A stretch of DNA of 64,000 bases, taken from Microthrixaceae bacterium. GTDB taxonomy: Bacteria; Actinomycetota; Acidimicrobiia; Acidimicrobiales; DATDAH01. Of the stretch, positions 35,423 through 44,608 are shown piece by piece. The stretch covers positions 6,532 to 70,531 of the forward strand of contig JACJWK010000015.1 in NCBI GenBank assembly GCA_020637195.1, in the 5' to 3' direction. The notes beneath the pieces were generated by a model that searched no databases, was not told where the DNA came from, and worked only from the letters and a program-made list of their open reading frames with translations. Position 1 is the first letter of the stretch; the number at the start of each line of letters is the position of its first letter. Position numbers and translations under genes: made by a program.

Positions 35423-36202
35423 CGGTGGACCACCGTCTCGTGCGGGAAGCCGAAGCGCGGCCGTCCGGCCAGCTGCGGGTGGGTAGCGGCGAGGTCCCGC
35501 ACCCGGTCGAGCGCAGCCGCCCGGGCGGCGTCGGGCAGCGCGGACACGAAGCTGGTCGACGCCGCCCGGCGCACCAGCAGCTCGGGGTCGACCGGCTGCT
35601 CCCAGCGCACGACCGAGCGCTCGACCGGCGACCACCCGCCCGTCGCGGCCAGCAGCGCCGCCCAGTCGACCCCCTCGTCGTAGGGCTTGCCCGTCGCGCG
35701 GAACTCGGCGCTCGCCGGGTCGCCGGCGGCCGCCTCGACGAGCAGCTCGCCGAAGCGCCGGACCCAGTCGACCGACTCGTCCCGCACGTTCCACACGAGC
35801 GCGAGGCCCCCGCCCGGGCGCAGGCAGCGGTGGAGCTCGGCGAGCGCGACCGGGGCGTCGAACCAGTGGAACGCCTGCGCGACCACGGCGGCGTCCACCG
35901 AGGCGTCGGGCAGGGGCAGGGCCTCGGCGGTTCCCTCCAGCACCTCGGCCCCGGGCACTCGCTCGGCGAGCTCGCTCCGCATGGCCGCCACCGGCTCGAC
36001 GGCCACGACCTCGGCGCCGGACGGGACGAGGAGCCGGGTGAGCTTGCCGGTGCCGGCGGCCAGGTCGAGACCGGCGGCCGGGGCCCAGGCCGAGGGCGTC
36101 GACCAGCAGGGCGACGACCTCGGGCGGGTAGCCGGGCCGGGCGGCCTCGTAGTCGTCGGCGCCCCGCTGGAAGCCGCGGGCGGCGGCGTCGCGGACCGTC
36201 AT
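35404..36202 (-). pseudogene. Class I SAM-dependent methyltransferase, interrupted by a frameshift near nt 36065-36080
   Basis: ATG 36202 opens MTVRDAAARGFQRGADDYEAARPGYPPEVVALLVDALGLGPG in one frame. The SAM motif LDLAAGTGKLTRLLVPSGAEVVAVEP and the rest (track ORF 35404-36006) continue in the +1 frame. Confidence 0.7.
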
Positions 36203-36963
36203 CGGTCGCCCTCGTCGGCCGCGGCGACGACGGCATCGGCCCACCGCCGGTAGCCGGCGTCGCTGGGGTGGTAGTCGTCGGCCGCGAACAACCGCCCCGG
36301 GTCGCGCCGGAAGGCCGGACCGGTCTCGCCCGCGATGTCCACGTAAGGGTGACCGCCCGCCGACGCCAGGTCGTGGATCACGGCGTCGAGCGTGCCACCC
36401 CGCACACCGGCGAGGAAGCGCAGCGGCTGGGCCAGCCGGGGCGGTGAGCCGAGGTCGGGCACGCCGAGCAGCACGACGCGAGCGTCCGGGGGGAGCGCGT
36501 CGAGCACCGCCTGGTACCGACGCCGGAAGTCGCCCGACCGGGTGAGGTGGACCGCGTCGTTCGCGCCGACGCTGACGTAGACGGTGTCGGTCCCGGCCGG
36601 CACCGCGCCGACCTGGTCGTCGAGGACGTCGCCGACGCGGGCCCCCGACTCGGCCAGCACCGTGAGGCGCACGGGATGGTCGGCCGCGGCCGCGACCTGT
36701 CTCGGCAGGGAGCCCTCCGCCGAGGAGGCGCCCACCCCGGCGGCGGTCGAGTCCCCGAGCCACACCACCGGCTCGGTCGCGCCGGCGCGGCCGGCGCCCA
36801 CCAACCCGTCGAGGTCGAGCGGTTCGCGGTCCTCGAGGTCCGGGCCGCGGCGAGCCAGCAGCACCTCGACCACGAGGAGCCCGAGGGTGCCGACGACCAG
36901 CGCGGCGGCCACCACCCCGACGCGACGGACGAGCCGCCCCGCCCGACGCGACGGCGCGACCAC
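36199..36963 (-). CDS. SGNH/GDSL hydrolase with N-terminal TM anchor
   Basis: VVWLGDSTAAGVG (block I), VSVGANDA (block III), DDYHPS (block V). GTG 36963 chosen, 15 nt after the MaoC stop. The track start 37044 overlaps the MaoC gene. Confidence 0.75.
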   Translation of the reverse strand: MVAPSRRAGRLVRRVGVVAAALVVGTLGLLVVEVLLARRGPDLEDREPLDLDGLVGAGRAGATEPVVWLGDSTAAGVGASSAEGSLPRQVAAAADHPVRLTVLAESGARVGDVLDDQVGAVPAGTDTVYVSVGANDAVHLTRSGDFRRRYQAVLDALPPDARVVLLGVPDLGSPPRLAQPLRFLAGVRGGTLDAVIHDLASAGGHPYVDIAGETGPAFRRDPGRLFAADDYHPSDAGYRRWADAVVAAADEGDR

Positions 36964-36977
36964 GGGGCGGCGCAGGC

Positions 36978-37496
36978 TCAGCCCTCGTCCCAGATGGTCT
37001 CGTCGTACGGGCGCTGGCGGGGCGGCGCGGCGTCGCGCTTCCACACCATGACCTTGCGGCGGAAGTAGCAGACCTCCTCACCGCGCTGGTTGATGCCCTT
37101 GGTCTCGACGGTGACGACGCCCCGGTCGTCCTTCGAGCTGGACTCCCGCTTGTCGAGCACCTTCGTCTCGGCGTAGATGGTGTCGCCGTGGAACGTGGGC
37201 CGGCGGTGGGTGAGCGACTCGATCTCGAGGTTGGCGATGGCCGACCCGCTCACGTCGGGGACGCTCATGCCGAGCACGAGCGAGTACACGAGGTTGCCCA
37301 CCACCACGTTCTTCTTGTGCACGGTCTCGTTCTCGGCGAACCACTCGTTGGTGTGCAGCGGATGGTGGTTCATCGTGATCATGCAGAAGAGGTGGTCGTC
37401 GTACTCGGTGATGGTCTTGCCCGGCCAGTGGCGGTAGACGTCGCCGACCTCGAAGTCCTCGAGGTAGCGGCCGAAGGGGCGGTCGTAGGTGGTCAC
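36978..37496 (-). CDS. mch: MaoC-family dehydratase (mesaconyl-CoA hydratase-like)
   Basis: Hot-dog fold sequence (YRHWPGKTITEYDDHLFCMITMNHHPLHTN..). Neighbourhood contains mcd-like and mcl-like genes. Confidence 0.7.
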   Translation of the reverse strand: MTTYDRPFGRYLEDFEVGDVYRHWPGKTITEYDDHLFCMITMNHHPLHTNEWFAENETVHKKNVVVGNLVYSLVLGMSVPDVSGSAIANLEIESLTHRRPTFHGDTIYAETKVLDKRESSSKDDRGVVTVETKGINQRGEEVCYFRRKVMVWKRDAAPPRQRPYDETIWDEG

Positions 37497-37656
37497 GGGA
37501 GGCCTTTCTCGCGGTCGCGTTCCCCCTCGTTGTAGTCGGGCCGGTCCGGCGGCGGCGAGTGCAGGCCGGGCGCCCGGCGGCGGCGTCGGGACCGGGCGGG
37601 AGCACGCGACGGCCTGGGATGGTCGCCGGAGGCTACTGATCGGTAACTTGCGGGTC

Positions 37657-39276
37657 ATGAGCGATGTGACCGCCCCCGACCTCGACGCCGCCGCCGGCGC
37701 CGTCGACCTCGCCCGCGGCGTCGTGGCCGCCGCCACCGCCCGCCTCGCCGAGGTGGGCCTCGACGACCACCAGGCGCTCGCCTACGACCTCGCCCACGCG
37801 GCGTCGGCCGTCGAGATGGGGAGTGGCCTGCTCGGCTACGGCGCCCGGGGCGACACCGAGGGCCGCATCGCCTGCGCCTTCGTGGCGGACGCGGTGGCCG
37901 ACCTCGCCGCCAAGGTGTTCGGCCGCGAGGGCGACTGGGGCGTCGAGGCGGGTGCGCTCGACGGCGCCCGGGCCTTCGTGGCCGCCTACCGCGACCCCGC
38001 CTTCCTGGCGGCGCTGGCCGACGACGAGGGTCCCCGCCACCTCGACGCCGACTTCGAGCTGGTGCAGGACACGTTCCGCCGGTTCGCCGAGGACAAGATC
38101 CGGCCCGCCGCCGAGCACGTGCACCGCACGAACGCCGACGTGCCCGAGGACATCATCTCGGGCCTCGCCGAGATGGGCGGCTTCGGCCTGTCCGTCCCCG
38201 AGGAGTACGGCGGCTTCGCCGGCGGCGGCGAGAGCGACTACCTCGGCATGGTGGTGGCCACCGAGGAGCTCTCCCGGGGGTCGCTCGGCATCGGTGGCTC
38301 GCTGATCACCCGTCCCGAGATCCTCACCCGCGCCCTCGTCAAGGGTGGCACCGAGGCCCAGAAGCAGGAGTGGCTGCCCAAGCTGGCGACCGCCGAGGTC
38401 ATGGCCGCCGTCGCGGTGACCGAGCCCGACTACGGCTCCGACGTGGCCGGCATCAAGGTCACCGCCACGCCCACCGAGGGCGGCTGGCTCGTGAACGGCG
38501 TCAAGACCTGGTGCACGTTCGGGGCGCGGGCCGATGCCCTCATGCTCCTGGCCCGCACCGACCCCGACCGCTCGAAGACCCACCGGGGCCTGTCGATGTT
38601 CGTCGTGCCCAAGCCACGCGGCGAGGGCCACGGGTTCGAGTTCACCCAGGAGGTCGGCGCCGACGGCGGCGCACCCGGCGGCGGGAAGATGGAGGGCCGC
38701 GCCATCGACACCATCGGCTACCGGGGCATGCACTCCTACGAGATCGCCCTCGAGGACTGGTTCGTCGCCGCCGACAACCAGGTGGGGGGCGAGGAGGGGC
38801 TCGGGAAGGGCTTCTACTACCAGATGGAGGGCTTCGAGAACGGGCGCCTCCAGACCGCGGCCCGGGCCGTCGGCGTGATGCAGGCCGCCTACGAGGAGGC
38901 CCGCCAGTACGCCCTCGACCGCCAGGTCTTCGGCCAGCCCATCGCCGACTACCAGCTCACCAAGGTGAAGCTGGCCCGCATGGCCGTGCTCATCCAGGCC
39001 AGCCGCCAGTACTCCTACGAGGTGGCCCGGATGATGGCCAACGGCGAGGGCGCCCTCGAGGCCTCGATGGTGAAGGCCTACGTGTGCCGGGCCGCCGAGT
39101 GGGTCACCCGCGAGGCCATGCAGATCCACGGCGGCTTCGGCTACGCCGAGGAGTACCCGGTCAGCCGCTACTTCGTCGACGCCCGCGTGCTGTCGATCTT
39201 CGAGGGCGCCGACGAGACCCTGTGCCTGAAGGTCATCGCGAGGCGCCTCCTCGACCGCCAGAAGGCCGCCGCCTGA
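37657..39276 (+). CDS. mcd: Acyl-CoA dehydrogenase with about 170-aa N-terminal extension ((2S)-methylsuccinyl-CoA dehydrogenase-like)
   Basis: ACAD core (AVTEPDYGSDVAGIKVTA..GVKTWCT..QIHGGFGYAEEYPVSRYFVDARV). Length and extension match my recollection of Mcd. The family is certain; the substrate is inferred. Confidence 0.7.
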   Translation: MSDVTAPDLDAAAGAVDLARGVVAAATARLAEVGLDDHQALAYDLAHAASAVEMGSGLLGYGARGDTEGRIACAFVADAVADLAAKVFGREGDWGVEAGALDGARAFVAAYRDPAFLAALADDEGPRHLDADFELVQDTFRRFAEDKIRPAAEHVHRTNADVPEDIISGLAEMGGFGLSVPEEYGGFAGGGESDYLGMVVATEELSRGSLGIGGSLITRPEILTRALVKGGTEAQKQEWLPKLATAEVMAAVAVTEPDYGSDVAGIKVTATPTEGGWLVNGVKTWCTFGARADALMLLARTDPDRSKTHRGLSMFVVPKPRGEGHGFEFTQEVGADGGAPGGGKMEGRAIDTIGYRGMHSYEIALEDWFVAADNQVGGEEGLGKGFYYQMEGFENGRLQTAARAVGVMQAAYEEARQYALDRQVFGQPIADYQLTKVKLARMAVLIQASRQYSYEVARMMANGEGALEASMVKAYVCRAAEWVTREAMQIHGGFGYAEEYPVSRYFVDARVLSIFEGADETLCLKVIARRLLDRQKAAA

Positions 39277-39307
39277 CCCTCGGTCGGCGCCGGCGGACCC
39301 CGAACCC

Positions 39308-39352
39308 CGTTCTCGAGGCAATGGCCCCCGGTTTCCGGGGGCTATTGCCTCG
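39308..39352. repeat. 45-bp direct repeat copy 1, containing an 18-bp-stem/3-nt-loop hairpin (39314-39352)
   Basis: cgttctCGAGGCAATGGCCCCCGGtttCCGGGGGCTATTGCCTCG. Identical to 40346-40390. The stem has 17 Watson-Crick pairs plus one G.U. Confidence 0.95.
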
Positions 39353-39403
39353 AGTTAGTTCTGCCCTCTTGACGTTTCATGCTGTTTCAGCGTTTCTAGG
39401 TGC

Positions 39404-40342
39404 ATGGCAAACGGAATCGACCTCGCCATCAGCGTCCTGGCGGCCCGTCAACTCAGCGTGTTCGCCCGGGCCCAGGCCCTCGCTCTCGGCGCCGACGACA
39501 AGCTGATCGCACGGCGCCTCAGTAGCGGTCGGTGGATCCGGGTCGCTCCCGGGGTGTACGGCTTCCCTGGCGTGCCCGAGTCGTTCGATCGGAGCGTGTG
39601 GATCGCGCTGCTCGGCACGAGCCCGCTGGCCGTCGTCTCGTTCCAGACTGCTGCGGCCTACCACCACTACGCCGGGTTCCCGGAGGGCCGCATCGTGCTG
39701 ACGGTCCCACACGGCGGGCACCACCGCATCGAGGGCGCCTTCGTCCATCAGATCAGCGACGTGCTCCCCCACCACCTCACGATCGTCAGGGGCATGCCGT
39801 GCACCACACCCGAGCGCACGGCCGTCGATCTTGCGGCGGTCTGTAGCTTCCCTCGGCTCTTCGAGAGCCTGGACGACGCCCGGGTCAAGGGTCGCGTCGA
39901 CGTCTCCGGCATCGGCGTCGTGCTGCGCGACGTCGCCAGGCGGGGCAAGCCCGGCATCGCCAAGATGGCCCGGGTGCTGGACAAGCTCGAGCCGGGCAAG
40001 GTCCCGTCGCAGAGCGTCCTGGAGCGCAAGCTCCACGAGCTGCTCGAGAAGGGCGGCGAGCCGCCGCTGGTGCGGCAGTACCCACACCCGGGACGGGCCC
40101 TGCCCGCGGCCTGCGTCGACGGCGCCTACGTCGAGGCCAAGATGATCGTCGAGGTCGACGGCCGGCGCTGGCACACCCGCATCGCCGACCTCAAACGGGA
40201 CCACGACCGCGACAACGAGGCCGGCCGGGCTGGCTGGTTCACGCTGCGCCTGCTCTACGAGGACGTCGTCGGCGACGCCGAGGGCCAGTGCGCCCTCATC
40301 AGGGAGACCCGTCTGATGCGCCTCGCACAACTCGCCGCGTGA
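39404..40342 (+). CDS. AbiEi_4-like wHTH N-terminal domain plus DUF559 (Vsr-like PD-(D/E)xK endonuclease fold) C-terminal domain protein
   Basis: N-terminal LIARRLSSGRWIRVAPGVYGF. C-terminal SVLERKLHELL..ACVDGAYVEAKMIVEVDGRRWH..DHDRDNEAGRAGWFTLRL. Confidence 0.8.
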   Translation: MANGIDLAISVLAARQLSVFARAQALALGADDKLIARRLSSGRWIRVAPGVYGFPGVPESFDRSVWIALLGTSPLAVVSFQTAAAYHHYAGFPEGRIVLTVPHGGHHRIEGAFVHQISDVLPHHLTIVRGMPCTTPERTAVDLAAVCSFPRLFESLDDARVKGRVDVSGIGVVLRDVARRGKPGIAKMARVLDKLEPGKVPSQSVLERKLHELLEKGGEPPLVRQYPHPGRALPAACVDGAYVEAKMIVEVDGRRWHTRIADLKRDHDRDNEAGRAGWFTLRLLYEDVVGDAEGQCALIRETRLMRLAQLAA

Positions 40343-40345
40343 GCG

Positions 40346-40390
40346 CGTTCTCGAGGCAATGGCCCCCGGTTTCCGGGGGCTATTGCCTCG
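40346..40390. repeat. 45-bp direct repeat copy 2 (hairpin 40352-40390), 10 nt downstream of the mcl stop
   Basis: Identical to 39308-39352. Confidence 0.95.
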
Positions 40391-40399
40391 GGTTCGTCG

Positions 40400-41344
40400 T
40401 CAGCTCGCCGGGGTGCGGGTGAAGCCGGCGCGCTCGCCGCGGGCGACCACCTTCAGCGCCACCTTGCGGCTGGCCTCGTCGATCATCTCGTCGCCCATCA
40501 TCACCGCGCCCTTGCGGTCGCCGGTGGTGGTGGCCTCCTCGTAGGCGTCGAGCACGGCCCAGGCGTGGTCGAACTGCTCCTGGTTCGGGCCGAACACCTC
40601 GTTGAGGATGGTCACCTGGTCGGGGTGCAGCGCCCACTTGCCGTCGTAGCCGAGGATCTGGGTGCGGGTGCAGTAGTCGCGGAAGCCCTCGGGGTCGCGC
40701 ACCTTCACGTACGGCCCGTCGATGACCTGGAGGCCGTTGGCCCGGCCCGCCATCAAGATCTTCATGAACGGGTAGTGGAAGTAGTCACCGGGGTACTCGG
40801 GGATCTGGAGGCCGCCCTGCAGCGACGGCATCTCCATCGAGGCCGAGAAGTCGACCGGTCCGAGGATGATGGTCTCGGTGCGGGGGGAGGCGGCGCAGAT
40901 CTCCTCGACGTTGATGAGGCCCTGGGCGGTCTCGATCTGGGCCTCGATGCCGATGTGGCCGATCGGCAGGCCCGCCTTCTTCTCGACCTGGGTGAGGAGC
41001 AGGTCCATGGCCACCACCTCGGCCGCGGTCTGCACCTTGGGGAGCATGACCTCCTCGAGGCGCTCGCCGGCGTTGCCCACCACCTCGATGACGTCGTAGG
41101 CGGTCCACTCGGTGTCCCAGGCGTTCACCCGGACGCAGAGCACCTTCTCGCCCCAGTCCTGGTTCTTGATGGCGTCGACCACCTTGGCCCGGGCGGCCTC
41201 CTTCTCGAGGGGCGAGACCGAGTCCTCGAGGTCGAGGAAGATCATGTCGGCGGGGATGCCGGGACCCTTGCCCAGCATCTTCTCGCTGGATCCGGGGATC
41301 GACAGGCAGGAGCGGCGGGGCAGGTTGCGCGTGCGTTCGGACAT
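40400..41344 (-). CDS. mcl: HpcH/CitE-like aldolase-lyase (L-malyl-CoA/beta-methylmalyl-CoA lyase-like)
   Basis: RRSCLSIPGSSEKML..DMIFLDLEDSV..IEAQIETAQGL..GPVDFSASM..YDGKWALHPDQV. Length 314 aa. Confidence 0.75.
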   Translation of the reverse strand: MSERTRNLPRRSCLSIPGSSEKMLGKGPGIPADMIFLDLEDSVSPLEKEAARAKVVDAIKNQDWGEKVLCVRVNAWDTEWTAYDVIEVVGNAGERLEEVMLPKVQTAAEVVAMDLLLTQVEKKAGLPIGHIGIEAQIETAQGLINVEEICAASPRTETIILGPVDFSASMEMPSLQGGLQIPEYPGDYFHYPFMKILMAGRANGLQVIDGPYVKVRDPEGFRDYCTRTQILGYDGKWALHPDQVTILNEVFGPNQEQFDHAWAVLDAYEEATTTGDRKGAVMMGDEMIDEASRKVALKVVARGERAGFTRTPAS

Positions 41345-41395
41345 GCGCCGATGCTACGTCCGGGTCTTCCGGGCGGGCCAAGCCCGCCCGGCTGC

Positions 41396-42598
41396 TCAGG
41401 CCTGCAGTTGCGCCGGCGTGAGCGGCTCGGAGAGCAGTCGCCCGAAGCGGGCGGGGTCGCCGCCCACCCACGCGCGGCACAGGGGCAGGCCCTCGACGTA
41501 GCAGCTGATGTAGGACCGCCACGTCGGGTCGGACAGGAACGAGACCGCCTTCTCGGCCCGGGCCCGGGGCAGCAGCGACCAGCGCTCGAGGTAGGCCACC
41601 GCCTCGTCGGGGTCGGCACCGTCCTCGTGCAACAGCAGCGCCGCGTTGCCCCGCACGGTGTCGAGGGACTGCGTGGCCACCGCCACCCGGGCCACCACCT
41701 CGGCGTCGTAGGGGACGGCGAGGGGGCGCAGGTGCTCGGCCACCACCGGCTCGGGCCGCTCCCCCACCAGCACCTCGAGCCCGAGGTCGGCGAGCCCCTC
41801 GGCCAGCAGGCACTGCGGCGTGCCCACGAGGAAGATGGTCTCCTCGAGGTGGCCCTGGCGGCGCACGAGCCCGACCTCCTTGCGGCTGTGCTCGGTGTGG
41901 TGGCCCGGGTAGGCCTCGTGGGCGACCAGGTGGGCCAGCGTCGGGCTGAGCACGGGCAGGTCGACGTTGATGGCCACCCGGCTGCGCAGCCCGCCCTCGT
42001 AGTAGTTGAAGCCCGACCACGGCCGGTCGCGCACCAGCTCGAACTCGACGTGCTCGCCCTCGGGCAGGCCGAACGCCTCGTCGGTGCGGGCGCGGAAGTC
42101 CTCGGCGAGCGAGGCGATGGCGTCGCCGAGGCGGTCGGGCGGCACCGCCTGCGCCTCGCGCCACGTGCCGTAGCGCTCGGCCAGCGGGCCGGAGCCGGGC
42201 AGGACCTCGTCGAGGGCCGCGTGGGCGGCGGCGAAGCGGTCCTCGGGCACGCGCCGGGGGCGCACGCCGTAGCAGGACTCGACCTCGTCCGAGTACCCGA
42301 TGGCGTCGCCGCGGAGCTTGGCCGCGGTCGTGACCAGACCGGCGCACTGGGCCCGCAGCCACCGACGCCGGCCGGCGTCCAGCCCGTCGAGGTCGCCGGG
42401 GCCGTCGAGGTCGGCCACCAGGCGCGACGCCTCGGCGACGAGCTCGCCGAGCGCGACCCGGGGCTCGGCCTCGACCCGCCGCGCCAGCGCCGGCGGTCCG
42501 TAGTAGGCGTCGACGAGCCCGTCGAGGTGGCGCCCGAGGCGCAGGCCGAGCAGCAGGTAGCGCTCGACGAGCGCGGAGCCGGCCGTCATCGGCCGCAT
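41396..42598 (-). CDS. DUF885-like putative metallopeptidase-fold protein
   Basis: HEAYPGHHTEH motif. ATG 42598 lies 3 nt from the upstream stop. Confidence 0.55.
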   Translation of the reverse strand: MRPMTAGSALVERYLLLGLRLGRHLDGLVDAYYGPPALARRVEAEPRVALGELVAEASRLVADLDGPGDLDGLDAGRRRWLRAQCAGLVTTAAKLRGDAIGYSDEVESCYGVRPRRVPEDRFAAAHAALDEVLPGSGPLAERYGTWREAQAVPPDRLGDAIASLAEDFRARTDEAFGLPEGEHVEFELVRDRPWSGFNYYEGGLRSRVAINVDLPVLSPTLAHLVAHEAYPGHHTEHSRKEVGLVRRQGHLEETIFLVGTPQCLLAEGLADLGLEVLVGERPEPVVAEHLRPLAVPYDAEVVARVAVATQSLDTVRGNAALLLHEDGADPDEAVAYLERWSLLPRARAEKAVSFLSDPTWRSYISCYVEGLPLCRAWVGGDPARFGRLLSEPLTPAQLQA

Positions 42599-42600
42599 GG

Positions 42601-43065
42601 TCAGTAGGTGCCGCCGAGCTTGTTGTGGTCCCACGACACCACCTTCTCGGCGGTGATGACCACGGCCGAGCGCTTGTGGGCGAGGCCCGCCGCCACCGCG
42701 TCGAGGTCGTCCGGGTTCTCCACGCCGAAGTAGCGGTCCACCACGGAGCGGGCCACCGGCATCACGACGTCCGGGTCCTCGGTGACCTCGGCGGTCCCGA
42801 CCAGTTCGACCCCGCGGAGGTGCTCGTACTCGTCACCGTCCTCGACCAGCACCGTGATCCGGTTGTCCCGGCGCAGGTTCTTGATCTTCTGCGACTTGGT
42901 GAACGTCTCGAACGCCGGCTTGCCGTCGATGAACCCGTACCACATGGCCACCAGGTGGATGTTGCCGTCGGGGCCGAAGGTGGCGATGTTCATGGTCTGG
43001 CGCTCGTGGAGGAACGCGTCGACCTCCTCATCGGTCATGCGGACGAGATCACGGCGGGAGGGCAT
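42601..43065 (-). CDS. Pyridoxamine 5'-phosphate oxidase-family (PPOX class, probably F420-dependent) protein
   Basis: Split-barrel FMN/F420-binding-like sequence (MNIATFGPDGNIHLVAMWY..KIKNLRRDNRITVLV). Confidence 0.7.
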   Translation of the reverse strand: MPSRRDLVRMTDEEVDAFLHERQTMNIATFGPDGNIHLVAMWYGFIDGKPAFETFTKSQKIKNLRRDNRITVLVEDGDEYEHLRGVELVGTAEVTEDPDVVMPVARSVVDRYFGVENPDDLDAVAAGLAHKRSAVVITAEKVVSWDHNKLGGTY

Positions 43066-43088
43066 GCGGCGATGCTACGGCCCGGCGG

Positions 43089-43919
43089 CTACAGCGAGAC
43101 GAAGAGCTCGGCCGCCACCGGGCAGTCGGTGCGGCGCAGGGCGTCGGCGACGGGCTGCGGGCCGGTCGGGCCCACCACCTGGTCGACCAGCGCGAGGGGG
43201 ACGAGCTCGTCGTCGGCCTCCCAGGGCTCGGCCGCCGCGTCGACCAGGCCGCTGAGCGCGTCCCACACCCGCTGGGGGACGAGCCGGCCGACGCCCGCGA
43301 CGAGCCAGACCGGGCGTCCGTCGTGGCGGGCCACCGCGGCCGCAGCACGGGAGCCCGCGACGCCGACGAAGGCGTCCGGGCCCACGGCCGAGGCCTCGAG
43401 CACCACGACGTCGGCTGCCGCCGCGGCGGCACCCAGGCCCTGGGTGGCCACGTCGACCGCCTCGACGTCGGCCGCGAGCAGGCGGCGCACGAGCCCCGAG
43501 CCCTCGCCCAGGACGTCGACGACGAGCGCCTCGACGTCCCCCCGGCGCGGGAGCGCCTCGCCCACCAGGTCGGGCCACCCCAGCACGCACGCGGTGGCGT
43601 CGTCGGGGAGGGCGTGGGCGAGCTCGACCGCGGTGCGGTCGGCGTCGATCTCGTCGGCCGCCCGCCACGCCTCGGGCATCGGGTCCCCGGCGGTGAGGAC
43701 CCGGCCGCACAGCCACCAGAGCGCGCCGCAGGCGGGATGGCGGTGCACGATCCGCCGGCAGGCCGTGACCATGCCGGCCGGGTCACCCCCGAAGGCACCG
43801 AGCGCGGATGCGGTCTCCTGGACCAGCAGCGACTGGTCGACACCGGACGCCCGGGCCACGTACCGGAGCCGCTCAATCGGGTGCACGGCGGCGAGGGTAC
43901 CGCCGCCGGTCGGCGCCAC
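43089..43919 (-). CDS. Conserved hypothetical protein, eIF-2B alpha/beta/delta-like fold suspected
   Basis: C-terminal half resembles the IF-2B family (VVVLEASAVGPDAFVGVAGSRAAAAVARHDGRPVWLVAG). Start is uncertain. Confidence 0.4.
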   Translation of the reverse strand: MAPTGGGTLAAVHPIERLRYVARASGVDQSLLVQETASALGAFGGDPAGMVTACRRIVHRHPACGALWWLCGRVLTAGDPMPEAWRAADEIDADRTAVELAHALPDDATACVLGWPDLVGEALPRRGDVEALVVDVLGEGSGLVRRLLAADVEAVDVATQGLGAAAAAADVVVLEASAVGPDAFVGVAGSRAAAAVARHDGRPVWLVAGVGRLVPQRVWDALSGLVDAAAEPWEADDELVPLALVDQVVGPTGPQPVADALRRTDCPVAAELFVSL

Positions 43920-43987
43920 GACGGGGCCGGGCGGCGGCGGCCCTGGAGTTCGTTCGGGCCCGGGCGGTCCGGCTAGTTTCTGCGACC

Positions 43988-44491
43988 GTGGCGACTGCTC
44001 CTCCTGCCGACCTCGAGCTCACCCCGCTGGACGGCGACGGCCGACCGCTGGCCGAGTGGCTCACCACGTTCCGCCTCGTCGCGGTCGTCGTCGACCCGTT
44101 CACGTGGGAGAGCTCCTGGCTGCTCGAGACCGCCGGGCGCATCCTGCGCACCTTCGCCGACGCCGACTGCCGCACCGCGTTCGTGGTCACGGGCAACGCC
44201 GACGAGGCCCGCCAGTTCCTCGGCCCGTGGACCGAGCGCATCCTCACCTTCACCGACCCCGACCGGGCCGCGGTGCGGGCGCTCGGCCTCGAGCAGCTCC
44301 CGGCGTTCGTCAACATCGCCCAGGACGGCACCCTGGCCGGCGTCGCCGAGGGCTGGCAGCCCGACGAGTGGCGGGCGGCCGCCCAGGACGCCGGCCGCGT
44401 GCTCGGCTGGAGCACCCCGGTGATCCCGGCCAACGGCGATCCCGGCCCCTTCGAGGGCTCCCCCGCCCTCGGCACCCCCGCCGACGCCTGA
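43988..44491 (+). CDS. Thioredoxin-fold-like hypothetical protein lacking the CxxC motif
   Basis: AhpC/TlpA-like layout with FTWESSW in place of WCxxC. GTG 43988 is in frame with track ORF 43808-44491. Confidence 0.4.
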   Translation: MATAPPADLELTPLDGDGRPLAEWLTTFRLVAVVVDPFTWESSWLLETAGRILRTFADADCRTAFVVTGNADEARQFLGPWTERILTFTDPDRAAVRALGLEQLPAFVNIAQDGTLAGVAEGWQPDEWRAAAQDAGRVLGWSTPVIPANGDPGPFEGSPALGTPADA

Positions 44492-44608
44492 ACCCCCTCG
44501 CGCCCCGGCCACGGTGCTGCCGCGCACGGAGCGCCGACCGCACGATGGCGACCGCGGCCTCGCGGAGCAGCGGCCGGGACGGCCGGCGGGCGCCGGCCGG
44601 GCGCCGCG

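Larger units (their letters stand above)
39353..40390 (+). mobile_element. Candidate 1.04-kb insertion: AT-rich leader, DUF559-type endonuclease gene and the second hairpin copy
   Basis: A single gene bracketed by perfect 45-bp direct repeats, lying between convergent mcd and mcl. Local AT-rich segment at 39353-39403 carries a TTGACG hexamer. Confidence 0.55.

Noticed and set aside
39308-40390. The two identical 45-bp palindromic repeats as a possible CRISPR array.
   Set aside because: There are only two copies. They are separated by about 1 kb that encodes a protein, there are no further repeats, and no cas genes are in the window.
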